Virus record (IMG/VR): IMGVR_UViG_3300044626_000606 | DNA: 64,000 nt | Strand: one strand, 5' to 3' | From: an uncultured virus (IMG/VR IMGVR_UViG_3300044626_000606) | Taxonomy: Duplodnaviria > Heunggongvirae > Uroviricota > Caudoviricetes | In this document: positions 38,601 to 47,432 of the stretch, in pieces | How the letters are laid out: the number at the start of each line of letters is the position of its first letter | Position numbering within the stretch: the first letter of the stretch is position 1 | The notes under the pieces: model-generated | Databases searched by the model: none | Seen by the model: the letters and a program-made list of their open reading frames with translations, nothing else | What the model was told of the DNA's origin: nothing | Position numbers and translations under genes: made by a program

Positions 38601-40320
38601 GAATGTTGGGTCTGGCTTCGGGCTTTTCTAATGGAGGTACGACTGGCGCAACACCTTCTTTAGGAGCTTGGGGTTGCACACCGGCCGAAACAACAGCGGT
38701 AGCTTTGGCGGCTGGGGCTTCTGCGGCTTTTTCTTTTTCTGGCTCAACTTGTCCCTCAACCTTCGGTGTCGGAGGAACCATTGCGGCCTCGCCACCGGAG
38801 ATAATATCTAGTGCATCCTGCGGAGCGAGTTTGTCAATAGCGTCTTCGGAATAACCCATGTCCTTGAGGGTTGTCCGCATCGGCTTGGTAATCGACCTAG
38901 GTGCTTTTACTGCGGAGACAGGCTGTGGTTCCTCCACCTTGACTGGCTCAACCGCCGGTGTCGGGACTGGGGTGGCCGTGGCGATCGGAACCCCGGCGGC
39001 TTCGAGATCTTCCTCCAGCCCGACAGTGTCTTCGGCCTTCAGCGTAGGAGCCGTTAGGTCGATGCCAGCGAGGGCATCAGCGGTCTTGGGGGCCCCCGCC
39101 GCACGAATACGATCACGACGTTGGGTAAGTTCATCAAGCTCGCCAGTGGCGATTTTCTTCACTCCCCAGGAAGCAAGTTTTCTGGACTGGCCTACGGTTG
39201 CACTGGTTAAGCCCAATGCTCCCAAAGGCCCAAGGCTCGAAACAAAGTCGCTGCTGGCTTGGGACAAGATCCGCTTGCTAGCCTCGTCCAATTCGATGTT
39301 CCCGAGGGTTTCCGCCATCCCGTCGGCGGCTCCACGCTTGATAAGATCTTCTTCGGCTTCGGCCACAACTTGAGCCGTCTCCATCGTGGCTCCTTGGGCG
39401 GCCTCCTCCAAGCTTTCGACAACCGTGGTTCCGATGACTTTTCCGACGGGAGCCACTGTCTTCTTTAAAACTTCGGGTGCTTTCTTGGTTGTGTATTCAA
39501 TCGCTTTGCCGAGAATCCCGTTCTTCAAGGCGGTTCCAGCCCCAAGTTTAGCCAGACCCAATACCTGCATATATTCGACCGCGGCGTAAAGCGGTGCAAC
39601 AACGGATGAAATCTTTGCGGCAGTCTTCTGGTTAACCCCAGCTTCCAGCGCATCGGCGAAAGCTTGTCCCTTACCTTGTCTCGTCCAGTAATCAAAACCG
39701 CCCTTCATAAAACCAGCGGAAGCCGCGGTAGTCCCAAACAAGGCCGATGTCGGGGCTGCGCCTACACCAGCACCAGCCGCACCAAGACCAGCACCTACGG
39801 CAAACCCAGCAGTCCCGTAGGCACCAGCTGTTTTGGCACCTTCGATGGAACCTTCCACCATCGGACCAGCCATCTGCGAACCCTGGAGGAAAGCGTTGGA
39901 GAAAACATTCCCGCCTTGGTTATAGTATTCCTTCTTGCCGAGTTCCCGCTTTACCGCAAAAAGATTATCGATTGAGTCTGGATTAGCGTCAGCATCATTC
40001 GCCAAAACTTGGTCAGCAATGTCAGCAAACTGGCGGTCGAGAGCCACACCCTGTCTCCCGATATCATAGGCCTCGGCAAGGGACGGGAAGAAACCTTTCT
40101 GGTTGGCCATCGGGAGGTCGAGGAACGGGTTTTTCATACCCTGTTCCTTATCGCTCATCTCGAACGACATGCCCTCAAGACCCTTAAAGATGTCCTCTGA
40201 AGTCGTCTTGATCGGCTCCTGCGCCAATCCAAAGGCAGAACCCAATCCTGGGAAAGCTTCTGCGGGAGGGGTCGAAATCTGTCTGGCGTCACCCCCAGGC
40301 GTTAAAATCGTCTGAGCCAT
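29557..40320 (-). CDS. Giant polyvalent internal virion (ejection) protein, 3587 aa
   Basis: Follows two smaller ejection-type genes. Contains a Gly/Ala-rich hydrophobic N-terminal region, EEIAH motif, kinase-like module, YHGT ART-like module and a helical C-terminal region. Confidence 0.85.
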   Translation of the reverse strand: MAQTILTPGGDARQISTPPAEAFPGLGSAFGLAQEPIKTTSEDIFKGLEGMSFEMSDKEQGMKNPFLDLPMANQKGFFPSLAEAYDIGRQGVALDRQFADIADQVLANDADANPDSIDNLFAVKRELGKKEYYNQGGNVFSNAFLQGSQMAGPMVEGSIEGAKTAGAYGTAGFAVGAGLGAAGAGVGAAPTSALFGTTAASAGFMKGGFDYWTRQGKGQAFADALEAGVNQKTAAKISSVVAPLYAAVEYMQVLGLAKLGAGTALKNGILGKAIEYTTKKAPEVLKKTVAPVGKVIGTTVVESLEEAAQGATMETAQVVAEAEEDLIKRGAADGMAETLGNIELDEASKRILSQASSDFVSSLGPLGALGLTSATVGQSRKLASWGVKKIATGELDELTQRRDRIRAAGAPKTADALAGIDLTAPTLKAEDTVGLEEDLEAAGVPIATATPVPTPAVEPVKVEEPQPVSAVKAPRSITKPMRTTLKDMGYSEDAIDKLAPQDALDIISGGEAAMVPPTPKVEGQVEPEKEKAAEAPAAKATAVVSAGVQPQAPKEGVAPVVPPLEKPEARPNILARNWLAEVDRAKNKREQQDLISIFRGKIDSLSEDERQASKIFDSELIKRAEAPTIEAEAPKVEAEAPAEMPVQPALPKWEDVLKNQNQIKFLKKAFKDANARLPKDQQIAPKNGWKKQDFFKALETIYGQLTQLEFAKPELKAPAPGTVAPQAVDKTAQQRQRRLASLMKVFSNPNLNGDQTYFRDTALEMARRISKQVAGSFPNLASADTEIYTRLVERIAGRLLSSVNLGRPILFNEKGQPTDLTEEAISKFLTFSAKRAGQDAINVQAARREVAAQFGTAPAEGAVTQPEAAREEAKPAGMQIAEAPAAPVVESKAVTALREAAKLIRDQSGPEVKLVIDWIVDTMIGADTELGRLTTYKDLADYLSKVANRKVSDKRVGEFVNKVVEQIAQNLRDENIQVDVRALEMLLTPEGRAARERKAAEEAQRRQDREVRQAIANLADRARNLKVGYGARQALVDAIGVANTLTRARITSEIIVPLEEGLIGENEVAQRLDNIQKGIENAKPRVRQAVPRRGRGAAQQVEEGPVRGRTGEGVEGERRGARAGGVVEGQPEPTAGGVAPVGARTGEAGREVGEKQPEAPSPVSVDPGLRSKNAPSAVKTLVNTATSSGFPASYIVDLNTRSAVSVSIEDADSDAENPVIRVNPRLLQQIERTLGKKAYSQYAFLAIAEEIAHFKYLKMLKREANELGISYRQHLKNETKRVAKIIKGRRGLKQKLEKLYNDGKPFTGKDGETKMVLEFMRMLTQEKMTGAITESTYLDVASILRSMEPQDRRFVFRFLDAIRQFLYGLSGRTAAETKFLRTTADSIAQMAQRVTRDLAKPNETLQVSMNYFPTKTDSLTETQPIKGDLQKAREELRKDTGLNRANLKFLQDYAKELGIKVPTTKRKVVVFNEKTRKHEEKEFKVPFWKKADYVQAIKAKLESLKKEPKRPSDEDLIGAAVPTDRPYWMTKEGKVIDVEETALVDLMSIGSHAEAAVEWLRENEPKATFLTEWSLLDPLDRKERQQMPVMEMFKRGWLRVVGDGFNLYFEGSPNQTQLDKLFESAINDEVKLIQDLSSLSGRARSKTLYEPPLEDEIGAAMPRHGFSTTEPKVSLDWVSLPDSLEGLEQIDVLPGTFDVRVYMDETGLKYVVKRGQTQEQFENEIAAENVYRILNYPVPKSKLITLPNGETAKLSEFIYGPTLAEFVRQQSGTNPEVVQKLYEEIGDGLLIDAFLFNYDVLGEGLDNIIVGHDELFDQDVFISGSPSVVKYTAYRIDNGGTLDTRATGLRREEPFFYDSFTKLQEKYPMFNLKASDVLAQISDLVLNSDQILNSIPERLRPMMAQRLQWMADQLSATDTMPPSIGYTDEEIVNHFTKLSQEMAAVEVTRNAEGQLINKRTGLPSTIQLLNQRGEVIRTEPKSEFRYRLERTPSFKMWFGDWENFPEGKGTSKILDASGEPLVMYHGTSWDKRQLSYTFVQDRLREDINNRFYPMRSFSTGNAFRGLWVASSRQFAEDWANESTFEEYNEQVVVPLYIKATNPFDPRNPEHIAKLIGYAREKKGEFTLNPYRQLALESGFFDWTVFEGVPAGSATPATGAEFDGLSETERKRRFYSLFPYTTLEAIINLGFDGVWVKEKELGSSGMLERRPKDRIESIIAARQLNDAAAEQLETERLKQDLDEYDKGSSWNLLLWRPDGAKSAVNSGRFKTQQQINNFKPTSNAAARAGMVKRNGKTLWNEYVKDGVTYVSYDDPEKLVSYAHMTTNELSKKNIAKDVVSDGVIYVGERIVPGPKSYSRREPADLLGAAMPRRFGVRLKDKVSEEAYAKLKNLNYEPIPDAMTEAEADNYLAKNGLRGSMDAALSDASPLQHGSRELLAQKIILGMNELYAKDKDPRILDDLLMFIDRFLEQSSGIGRALRALSFWSNLTPEGMLMLYKKKSDETNREVRDKFNVFFNKVKSELSVLPEGTIDEVLKKMSGVLAKAETAAEESRKRIAESNAMGFWEAFSNQMGESIADKASQQLTEAEAEAAQAAGVPLEEMTAEQRKAVKKLENAKSINQAAQEMSREIKRMFMALAEEQGRRIRDPRINTNEEFANMTVDEQEKLLKEEREAKQRKNFTAMLSRWPKALQAWEKASDAIRARTATNPELAEMFNGFLGLVLESPFTMPQLKRFISLRGVKLEDLIRQHYEEGKLANNAYSLAREIVQEAGLGAWEEETGADVADELGLAKYKREEGMAKEEPSAREKIPSLSERLTNAIALQIQEIVAKESEKKLNRLIQSYADKKLEPSLRRFANRIVQYQALGLFNNAYAWNEFQKQEGLDKLKPEVVEKIANIMGEAQNLVGYRKDEKIGDALSLIAFETQIDAYNFAKSWWYFSILSGIGTQFANFLGNATNTALLAIPTISKHLIKGYATDRTRSKAIVGSMLRALSLSFMDAGNVLMTGRVGTRKTEPKFFGKAATDFFEVVARNATQDNVKQKVGKISATVASLLRRTMTAVDMVFYNFNKEVYLFEAAYQKAEQAGLKEEAATAKALEYTFRNSEHLVAAQSQAEAQGYVVDSDNSATRFLQQAEQAIRVQEIIDEKAQAENPEVAATGQIYGTELTYNEEPRGVLGAFHRMIGSFAKEHPLKSAIFVPFTRIVANVWNQSIDFTGWGVMRARGLPKVLGKNLAGKFAMEYQGTAEEQKIQRDLAYVRGITGLSTVFMLGLLDQILCGNYEKYGIELCVNGQGPKEAAQKELLKNRLGWKPNSIYLRAAHVPVLKDGVYASYMFSPLAMGLSAVGLFNDNETYDYFNEKEPADVALAMAHRVATIMFDMNFLSGASDLFEMLNPSEPERALSKAKSFLSRLGSAMVVPNFVRDLDQLLISPTLGYGRTAREGPIQGAFVANTPIVRQIYGQTELDMLGQPVQMQFRPISFAKKDALLQVLVQKNALPTAPKKDRLLGVVKMTDEQYADFRKARAEQLGEDLGREGTIERLEVMTPEMAQLYVGKLAQKANAVGKAKIIRDNQELLQEVRQEKTKGLR

Positions 40321-40338
40321 GAGACGCCTATTGTAACG

Positions 40339-41424
40339 CTATTCTTCGGTTTGACCAGCCTCAAAATCCTCGGGAGAGAACGGCAGGTTGATGTTGGCTC
40401 CACGGAGAATCCGTAAAACCTGTGTCTGTGCGGCAGAGCGGTTCGATGCGTTATCCTGCAAGCCATATGTCTTGAGGAGGTCGCCTGCCAGTTTGTTGAT
40501 CACGGGCATAGCATCACGCCCACCCTTGATGGCTTGAGCTCCTTGCCGAACTTTGAGCTTAAAGGGCTCTAGGTCTACTTCTTGGGCTGCGGTCTCCTCA
40601 ACGGATCGGCTCGTCCCGATCGGCCTAGGTTGTCCTCCAACCTTAAGCATTTCGCCAAGACCTTTTTGAGCGGCCTCTTGGATTTCTGGCGGTGCGAAGA
40701 TACCTTCACCAGCAATCTTACCGAGAGCCGCCATCCGCTTGGTCTGCTCGGCTTCCTGTTTGAGACCGAACTCACGCTCACCCTTGAGGAGTTCCCGATA
40801 ATCCTTGCTCCTTGCATACACTTCACGCTCGGCAAGCGGGATTAGTTTCTGAATCTCAAACTCGGAAAGAGCTTCGTATCCGCCAGTACGCAACTTAGTT
40901 GCCGCGGCCTTGAGTTGCGCCTTGATGGGTGTCTCAATCCCAGGGATCCTCGAAGCCTGCCGAAGCGTATCGGCGGTGGTCTTGCGATCCTGGAAATCCT
41001 CGGTCGCCTCAAGCAACGAAGTCTTTTTCTCCAGAAGCTTCTGTCTGGCGAGGTCGCTGGCGTACTTTGCGAAAGTCGGATCTGGGTGGTCGACCTTGAT
41101 GTCTGGAATCTGGTAGGATGACAAAGCATTCGGGTTGGCCTCGGCCAAGAAAGCCATCTCAGTGTCGATCGGAGCCATCGCCGACATCATCCCCATCTGA
41201 GCCCTTTGCAAGTTGAGGTTGTATTGTTGCATTTCGGACTGCAACTTGACGGCTTGCGTCTGGTTCTCGATCTGGGCAACCTTCAGCGGAAAGAGCCTCT
41301 CGTTTTGCTCGAGTTCGGCTTGGAACGCCTTCTCGCGAATGCTTTGTTGCCGAGCCGCCATAATGTTGCTGAAGCCCTGCTGTAGCCCAGCACCAACTGC
41401 AAAGCCATACTCTGCCGGTGTCAT
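40339..41424 (-). CDS. Internal virion/ejection protein
   Basis: Helical and Gln/Ala-rich; synteny. Confidence 0.6.
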   Translation of the reverse strand: MTPAEYGFAVGAGLQQGFSNIMAARQQSIREKAFQAELEQNERLFPLKVAQIENQTQAVKLQSEMQQYNLNLQRAQMGMMSAMAPIDTEMAFLAEANPNALSSYQIPDIKVDHPDPTFAKYASDLARQKLLEKKTSLLEATEDFQDRKTTADTLRQASRIPGIETPIKAQLKAAATKLRTGGYEALSEFEIQKLIPLAEREVYARSKDYRELLKGEREFGLKQEAEQTKRMAALGKIAGEGIFAPPEIQEAAQKGLGEMLKVGGQPRPIGTSRSVEETAAQEVDLEPFKLKVRQGAQAIKGGRDAMPVINKLAGDLLKTYGLQDNASNRSAAQTQVLRILRGANINLPFSPEDFEAGQTEE

Positions 41425-42323
41425 GGTGTTGCAGGTGCCGCCCTAGGCACAAATCCGCCCATATAGGGCGTGTAAGATCCCGCAAAAGGTGCTGCGGCTT
41501 GAGCCGCTCCGATGGAACTGAACCCACCACCCATACCACCGAATCCACCAAATTGACCCAAGGCACCAAGACCCGCAACTGACCCCCCAAGTCCGCTAAA
41601 GATTCCACCGAACTGCTGGCTTTGAGCACCACCAAAGGCTCCACCAACACCACCACCCAATTGTGCGCCCATACCAGCCCCAATCAAACCACCAAACCCT
41701 GGGGCAATCATATTGCCTATGGCAAACCCAGCTCCGGCTCCACCGAGACCACCAAGGATTCCACCAAGAGGGCTTCCCCCGTAACGCTGGCTATATTCGT
41801 AATTGATCATCTGTTGCTGGTTTGCAATCTGATTATTGTACTGACCAACGCTTATGTCTTCGGCTCGGAGGGCTTGGGGAGTGAACGCAAGGTTCATTGC
41901 CTGCAACGGCATTGTCGAAACCGCTTCGGCTCGCAAGGCTTGGCCAAGTTGCACGCCCGAGTCTTGAAGCTGTTGCGCCGTTAGGCCGTAGCTTTGTGCG
42001 GCTTGGAGTAAGCTTTGTTCGGAACCAGGGAGGGTTCCCGTGGAAAATCCGCCTTGAGCCGCCAACTGCGAAACACGTTTTGAAATCTCCGGGCTAACCA
42101 ACCCAGCACCCCGTTCTTGGGCAATTTGCCAAGCCTGCCCTAGAGTCCCGGCGTAACCTGGGAAAAGCTCTTCCCTAGCCTTAAGTGCCTCACTAGCCGA
42201 CTTGGTGATCGTTTCCTGTATGCCTGGAAACTTGCCACCTTGGGCAATAAACTTGTCCACCGACGACTCAATAGTCGGAGGAGTGTACTGCTGAAGCTCT
42301 GGTTTTTTGGGTTTGCTTGCCAT
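41421..42323 (-). CDS. Internal virion/pilot-like protein
   Basis: Gln-rich core with a Gly-rich hydrophobic C-terminus. Confidence 0.6.
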   Translation of the reverse strand: MASKPKKPELQQYTPPTIESSVDKFIAQGGKFPGIQETITKSASEALKAREELFPGYAGTLGQAWQIAQERGAGLVSPEISKRVSQLAAQGGFSTGTLPGSEQSLLQAAQSYGLTAQQLQDSGVQLGQALRAEAVSTMPLQAMNLAFTPQALRAEDISVGQYNNQIANQQQMINYEYSQRYGGSPLGGILGGLGGAGAGFAIGNMIAPGFGGLIGAGMGAQLGGGVGGAFGGAQSQQFGGIFSGLGGSVAGLGALGQFGGFGGMGGGFSSIGAAQAAAPFAGSYTPYMGGFVPRAAPATP

Positions 42324-42326
42324 AAC

Positions 42327-42668
42327 TTATGCGAGCCTCCGCCAAAACGCAGGACCAAAAGTCTTTTCGGTATCGTTGTTTTTCGGCCTATTGAAAGTGA
42401 TTGAGATATCCCCGAGTGCCTTGGCCGCCATCTGAATAAGATTTTTTCTAGCCTCACGATCGTCAGCCGCAAAGAAAAGAACCTCCCAATAGCTTTCCGA
42501 GAGCTTGGAAAGGCCGAGTACCCCGTTCTCGTTAGTGAATAGGCCGTTGTTCATAAGAGCTTCAATGACAAGGGGCTTCGGGTCCACTTCTCGGTACAGC
42601 GGGATCTTTTCCGACAAATACTTTGAGATGGCCGATAACATGAGATCACCTATGTTGTTTCGGTTCAT
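42327..42668 (-). CDS. Hypothetical protein
   Basis: ORF immediately upstream of the ejection genes. Confidence 0.5.
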   Translation of the reverse strand: MNRNNIGDLMLSAISKYLSEKIPLYREVDPKPLVIEALMNNGLFTNENGVLGLSKLSESYWEVLFFAADDREARKNLIQMAAKALGDISITFNRPKNNDTEKTFGPAFWRRLA

Positions 42669-42675
42669 CAATTTG

Positions 42676-42951
42676 TCAAGGAGCTGCAGGCTCCTCAATG
42701 GGGGCTGGGAGTGGTTCGGGTGCGGGTAGGGGCTCGACATCAATCCTCTCGTACATCTCTCCGTCAACTTCTTCCAGTCGGCTGGCCGTGACCCTAAAGC
42801 CTTCTGGCGGGTTGGCCGGGTGGTAGGGCTTGATCCCTAACTTGACCAACTCCTCCTTTTTCCACAGCCAGAAGATGCTGGCTGGGTGCTGGATTTCGTC
42901 CACGGTTATGCCTTCCGGCATTCTGATTACTCTGTTGTCTTTGATCCACAT
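42676..42951 (-). CDS. Fibre-associated small protein
   Basis: IQHPASIF.LW...EL..LGI; follows the large fibre gene. Confidence 0.55.
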   Translation of the reverse strand: MWIKDNRVIRMPEGITVDEIQHPASIFWLWKKEELVKLGIKPYHPANPPEGFRVTASRLEEVDGEMYERIDVEPLPAPEPLPAPIEEPAAP

Positions 42952-42962
42952 AGGGTTACTCC

Positions 42963-45900
42963 TTATCTTGCTCTGGCGTATTTGAAAGGCGACTCGGCGA
43001 AGGCTGCGAATAGGAATGTGCCAGACTCTCCAATAAACTTAGAGCTATCGCTTCTTATCTTAAACCCATTTGAAAGCATATCTATCTGCCCAGGTAGCGA
43101 TCCTCCGTTTTCGGCCTCGTTTGTATTCGGCCTTAACTCCGCTGAATTTACATTTGTGGTTGACCTTGATGAGTCGTATATAAACCAAGGCTTGGCGGCA
43201 GCATCTCTTTTGGCAATTATAAATTTTGGCAAAAACCCGCACCACACAAACGATCCGTCGGCTGCTCCGTTGCCGGTAAATGTTCCAAACTTTGAGTACC
43301 CGTCTACTTCAGAGAAGCAGTAGGCAATATGGTTGTCCCCGCTCTTATTGACATTTCTGCCATCTGTTGAGCCATTGGTTAAGGTTATGGTAGTACTAGA
43401 GACTGCGCTTACTCCACCAAAGTTAAAGGAAGTCAAGGCTCCGGAAGCTCCCGTCAAGTGTAGGAAAATGATGTTGTTCGCCGCAAGACTGACGTGATAT
43501 ACTGGCCAATCAGTTGATGCCGTTGTTCTGTTTTTTACGATAACAAATCTTGGCGATACGCCTAACCCATGTCCGACTGTGGCGTTGTTTGTGCCGTTTC
43601 CAGTATAGCTGACAATTGAGAATCCTTTTGTTGGGTCTGTCCTTACTGTGCTTGAGATAGTCCCGGAAGTGTTAGAGGAGTTCGAAGACCCGGCGTCCCA
43701 GGCCCATCCGACATAAGTGGCGGCATTTGTATTGGCTTGTGCAAGTGTCCCAAGGGTAAAACCATTAGAGTCAAACGAGGTCAATCCGCTGTCAGCCGTA
43801 ACTTCCGCATCTGTCGTGTTCGATTCGAGCCTAGCCTGTGAGCCACGAATAACATCGTAAAGCGCATGGTCGGTTGCTCCGCTTCTACCTTTGACCCAAA
43901 CAAGGTCTGGAGAAAAATCTAACCCAGAAACACTTTGATTTGCGCCTGTCCCGGTGTAGGTAACGACATCCATCGCCGTGCTCGATTTCTGGATAGTCGG
44001 CTGTGGGATGCTTGTTACGCAGACAGGCTTGAACCCGGCTGGTGGCCCATATACCCAAGGCCGTTGGCCAAAGTTTAGATAAACATTATTAGCCGATGTT
44101 GAAGATCTTCCTGAAGACGCAAAGAAATAAGGTCCACTCGTCAATCCACTAAAAGCAACGCCGTAAGGTATCCCGTTTTTATAAAAACTGAGTAGACCAA
44201 GGTCTGCGTCAAAGGCGCAACCAATGGTATCGCCGGTTGTAAAAGAAGTTCCGTAATTCCCAACAGAGGCTCCATTGGTATACTTCGTCCCAGTCGAATA
44301 ATACCCCCACGATTCAGCGTTACCGCCGACATAAGACACCATTGTTAAATTACCTTTTGAGACACCGAGCGAACTCTCAGATCCGATGGCAACGATATCC
44401 ATCTCGCAAAACCATTTTCCAGAGGTCATACCGAAAGTGTTAACGCCACCACGATCACCACCAGTTATTTGCAAAGCCCCGTTCACATACGTGGCTTTTA
44501 CTGGATTGATATCATTCATCGTGGCGTAGTTGCCGCGGATTACTCCACCCGTAGGCACAAGTTGTCTGTTGTAATCCCTCAATGCCTTGAAGCCAGAGGG
44601 GGCGGCATAAGCAAATGGACGCTGGCCAAAATTGAATGACGCCGAGCTTGCCACGGCATCCCCAATCGCAGGTGAAAAAGTTCCGCTTAAACCGGTAAAA
44701 GCCACGCCTTGGCTCACATTGTTTTTGAAAAACTCCAATGTGCCTGCGTCTAGGTTAAAAGCCACTCCAATAAGATCACCACTAGTGTAAGTTGCACCAT
44801 AAGAGGAAGCTGTACTGTTGTTGTACTTGTTCCCATTAAAACCAGAATAGCCATATGCTCTTGCCGTTGACCCAACATATGTAGAGGATACTGGGGTGGT
44901 TACTTCGGCGATGCCCACTAAATTTCGTGTACCGCCAGAATGCATCTCCCAATACCACTTGCCAGAGCTAACGGCCATCGTACCGAAAACAATTCCTGCG
45001 GAAGCTGTCTGGGAGTAATCCAGTCCTCCGTTGGATATGGTGATTGCTGCTGTTTTTTGGTTTGAGTCGAGAATGCAATACTCACCCCTAGCCTCTCCCC
45101 CGGCTCCGGCATCCGTCCCGTAGTATGTCGGCGAATCAACCAAGCTGTCGTTACCCACACCAGAAGAAACCGAGAAACTATTTGGAGTCCAGTTATTGTT
45201 GTTTCCGCTTGAGTCTTTCCCAAGTGTTGTGGATGTCGTTCCGCTATTGTCGGCAAACTTTAGGTAGAATCCGTTCGTCCCGTATGTCCCACTATAAGCC
45301 TTTGGTTTCCACACATAAGTGTTTGCGTCTCTCACGCCAAAGTTATCTGGCGTCAAGGCTTGCCCGTCGATAAAGTTGATTTCGGTCAAATAGAAATCAG
45401 AGTAAGAGGCAACTGCCGGAGTCCAGGACCCTATATTATGCTGAACGGCAGAGTTCATATATGGCGAAGAGTTTTGCGCCGCATAGTTTGCTGAAGAAAA
45501 AGATGTGATTTGTGATCCGTTTACATAAAGTTTAACTCGATTTGAGGCAGTCGCCTGCGTTGTGTCAACAGACATCACAATGTGATACCAAAAAGATGGA
45601 TCTCTAAAAACTTGGGAGGTTACGAGTGCTGGCCCACCAGCCGAGTAGTTACTATCCCAAACCTGCAATGCTTGTGTTGTTACCGCAAGTTCAAGACCAA
45701 AAAGAGAGGTTGCCCCAGAATTTGTCGCAATAAATATCGGTTGCCTAGCTGTCGATGCCGTTAGCTTCAACCAACCGCTGTAGGTGAAAACCCTATTATT
45801 CGTAGGAGTTGTAAATGTCCTGTTTAAATAAGCCAAATCCGTTGAGTTAAATCTCAGACTTCTTTCAACCTGATAGGTGTCATCTGAGAATGTGTGAGTA

Positions 45901-47429
45901 AGGTTTCCGTAATTTGTTGGTGTGTCGATTAAGCTGTCGTTTCCAACACCAGCCGTTACCGATAAGTTGCTCGGGGTAAAATCATTGTAGTGGTTTCCGG
46001 TCCCAGCGTAAGTTGTGCCGGTGCTTAGTGTGCCGTAGGCTACGAAATTCCCACCAGTACCCCTATTGGTCAAGATTGTTGTTGCGTTGCCGTCTAGGTA
46101 TACAATTGGCGATGTCCCGCTTGGGACGGATCCGTCTGATCCAATACCTTTGGGGGTTGCTACACCGCCATAGAACTTTGTCACATTTGAGGTTGGGTCT
46201 AGATAGGCCGAGTAATTTACATATACCTGGCCAACCATCGCTGCGGTAACCGGTGCAAATGGGCCAAATAGGTTACCCAAAAGCCCGTGATTTGGTACTG
46301 AGTACTGGATCGTATCGTTGGTAAATGTTGAAATGGTTCCGGTTTTATCCGTACCATTCACATATATGTAAACCCTGTTATTTACAGCCAAATCCCAGGT
46401 TGCGTAGATATGGTATAAGCCAGAAGAAGAACACGGAGTTCCTGTCGTGGTTGTGTTTAAAATGATTGTCCCAGCAGAATTTCTGGCGGAAATCGTAAGC
46501 TCACCAGTCGATGACCTTGCGAGAGTTAATGTATCACCGATCGTTGTGTTATTTCTAGAAACCCAAATTGGGTTGTAGGCACTTGCTGAGTTCGTGAAGT
46601 TAACCCATATACTTATCGTCCCAGCTTTCCCATTAGCTATCCCAGTTAGGTCGGCTCCCCTTTGAATCCCATTCGTAGCTCCGTCTGTTTGAGCTGTAAA
46701 TAACCGATAATCGGAAGTGTCCTTGCCTAAAGTTGTTGCAGTAGCCCCGGTATTGTCTGCAAATTTTACATAAAAACCGTTTGTTCCGTATGTACCGCTA
46801 AATGCCTTGGCTTTCCACCTTCCAGTGTTGGAATCGGTTTCACCGAAACTGAAAGGAGTCAGAGCCGACCCATCGATCAAGTAGAACTCGGCCATATAAC
46901 CGTTAAGATAAAGAGCACTCGCCCCCCAAGATCCTATGTCATGGGCGTAACTCGCTGTGTTCACCGCAAGATCTGCGTTTAGCGCAGGATAAGTTGCCGT
47001 TGTGAAAGATGTGATCTGCTCACCGTTGTGGTAGAGTTTGACTCGATCTGAAGCCGTCGCTTGGGTGGTGTCTACAGAAACTACAAAATGAGACCAAGAA
47101 GCTGTGTCTCTAAAGACCTGTGTAGTCGCCAAGCCAATGGCGGAGCCTATATAAATATTCAGAACATTGGTTGTCTCGAACTCAACCCCAAAATATGGGC
47201 CTGCCGGGTTTACGACAAAAAGGCCTTGCCGAACTCCGTTAATCAAAGACCTCTTTACCCAAAAGGAGATTGTGAATGTTTTCCTGTTTCCGCTTATGCT
47301 TGGTGTGCGGGTAAGCCTAGGGGCATCTGCGGAGTTAAACCGCAGACTACGCTCGATCTGGTAGGTATCCTCGTCAGTTAAGACTCCCTGCGTCCCAAGG
47401 AACCCGTGGGGTAAAACTGGCCAAGCCAT
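42963..47429 (-). CDS. Large fibre/receptor-binding protein with LamG/ConA and SPRY domains
   Basis: Two SLRFN...GTNGFY.KF units, two SGKW(Y/F).E SPRY-like units, PDLVWVK-type C-terminal repeats. Confidence 0.85.
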   Translation of the reverse strand: MAWPVLPHGFLGTQGVLTDEDTYQIERSLRFNSADAPRLTRTPSISGNRKTFTISFWVKRSLINGVRQGLFVVNPAGPYFGVEFETTNVLNIYIGSAIGLATTQVFRDTASWSHFVVSVDTTQATASDRVKLYHNGEQITSFTTATYPALNADLAVNTASYAHDIGSWGASALYLNGYMAEFYLIDGSALTPFSFGETDSNTGRWKAKAFSGTYGTNGFYVKFADNTGATATTLGKDTSDYRLFTAQTDGATNGIQRGADLTGIANGKAGTISIWVNFTNSASAYNPIWVSRNNTTIGDTLTLARSSTGELTISARNSAGTIILNTTTTGTPCSSSGLYHIYATWDLAVNNRVYIYVNGTDKTGTISTFTNDTIQYSVPNHGLLGNLFGPFAPVTAAMVGQVYVNYSAYLDPTSNVTKFYGGVATPKGIGSDGSVPSGTSPIVYLDGNATTILTNRGTGGNFVAYGTLSTGTTYAGTGNHYNDFTPSNLSVTAGVGNDSLIDTPTNYGNLTHTFSDDTYQVERSLRFNSTDLAYLNRTFTTPTNNRVFTYSGWLKLTASTARQPIFIATNSGATSLFGLELAVTTQALQVWDSNYSAGGPALVTSQVFRDPSFWYHIVMSVDTTQATASNRVKLYVNGSQITSFSSANYAAQNSSPYMNSAVQHNIGSWTPAVASYSDFYLTEINFIDGQALTPDNFGVRDANTYVWKPKAYSGTYGTNGFYLKFADNSGTTSTTLGKDSSGNNNNWTPNSFSVSSGVGNDSLVDSPTYYGTDAGAGGEARGEYCILDSNQKTAAITISNGGLDYSQTASAGIVFGTMAVSSGKWYWEMHSGGTRNLVGIAEVTTPVSSTYVGSTARAYGYSGFNGNKYNNSTASSYGATYTSGDLIGVAFNLDAGTLEFFKNNVSQGVAFTGLSGTFSPAIGDAVASSASFNFGQRPFAYAAPSGFKALRDYNRQLVPTGGVIRGNYATMNDINPVKATYVNGALQITGGDRGGVNTFGMTSGKWFCEMDIVAIGSESSLGVSKGNLTMVSYVGGNAESWGYYSTGTKYTNGASVGNYGTSFTTGDTIGCAFDADLGLLSFYKNGIPYGVAFSGLTSGPYFFASSGRSSTSANNVYLNFGQRPWVYGPPAGFKPVCVTSIPQPTIQKSSTAMDVVTYTGTGANQSVSGLDFSPDLVWVKGRSGATDHALYDVIRGSQARLESNTTDAEVTADSGLTSFDSNGFTLGTLAQANTNAATYVGWAWDAGSSNSSNTSGTISSTVRTDPTKGFSIVSYTGNGTNNATVGHGLGVSPRFVIVKNRTTASTDWPVYHVSLAANNIIFLHLTGASGALTSFNFGGVSAVSSTTITLTNGSTDGRNVNKSGDNHIAYCFSEVDGYSKFGTFTGNGAADGSFVWCGFLPKFIIAKRDAAAKPWFIYDSSRSTTNVNSAELRPNTNEAENGGSLPGQIDMLSNGFKIRSDSSKFIGESGTFLFAAFAESPFKYARAR

Positions 47430-47432
47430 ACC

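Noticed and set aside
30248..40315. Many + strand ORFs up to 365 aa opposite the giant gene
   Set aside because: Antisense shadows with no recognisable motifs.
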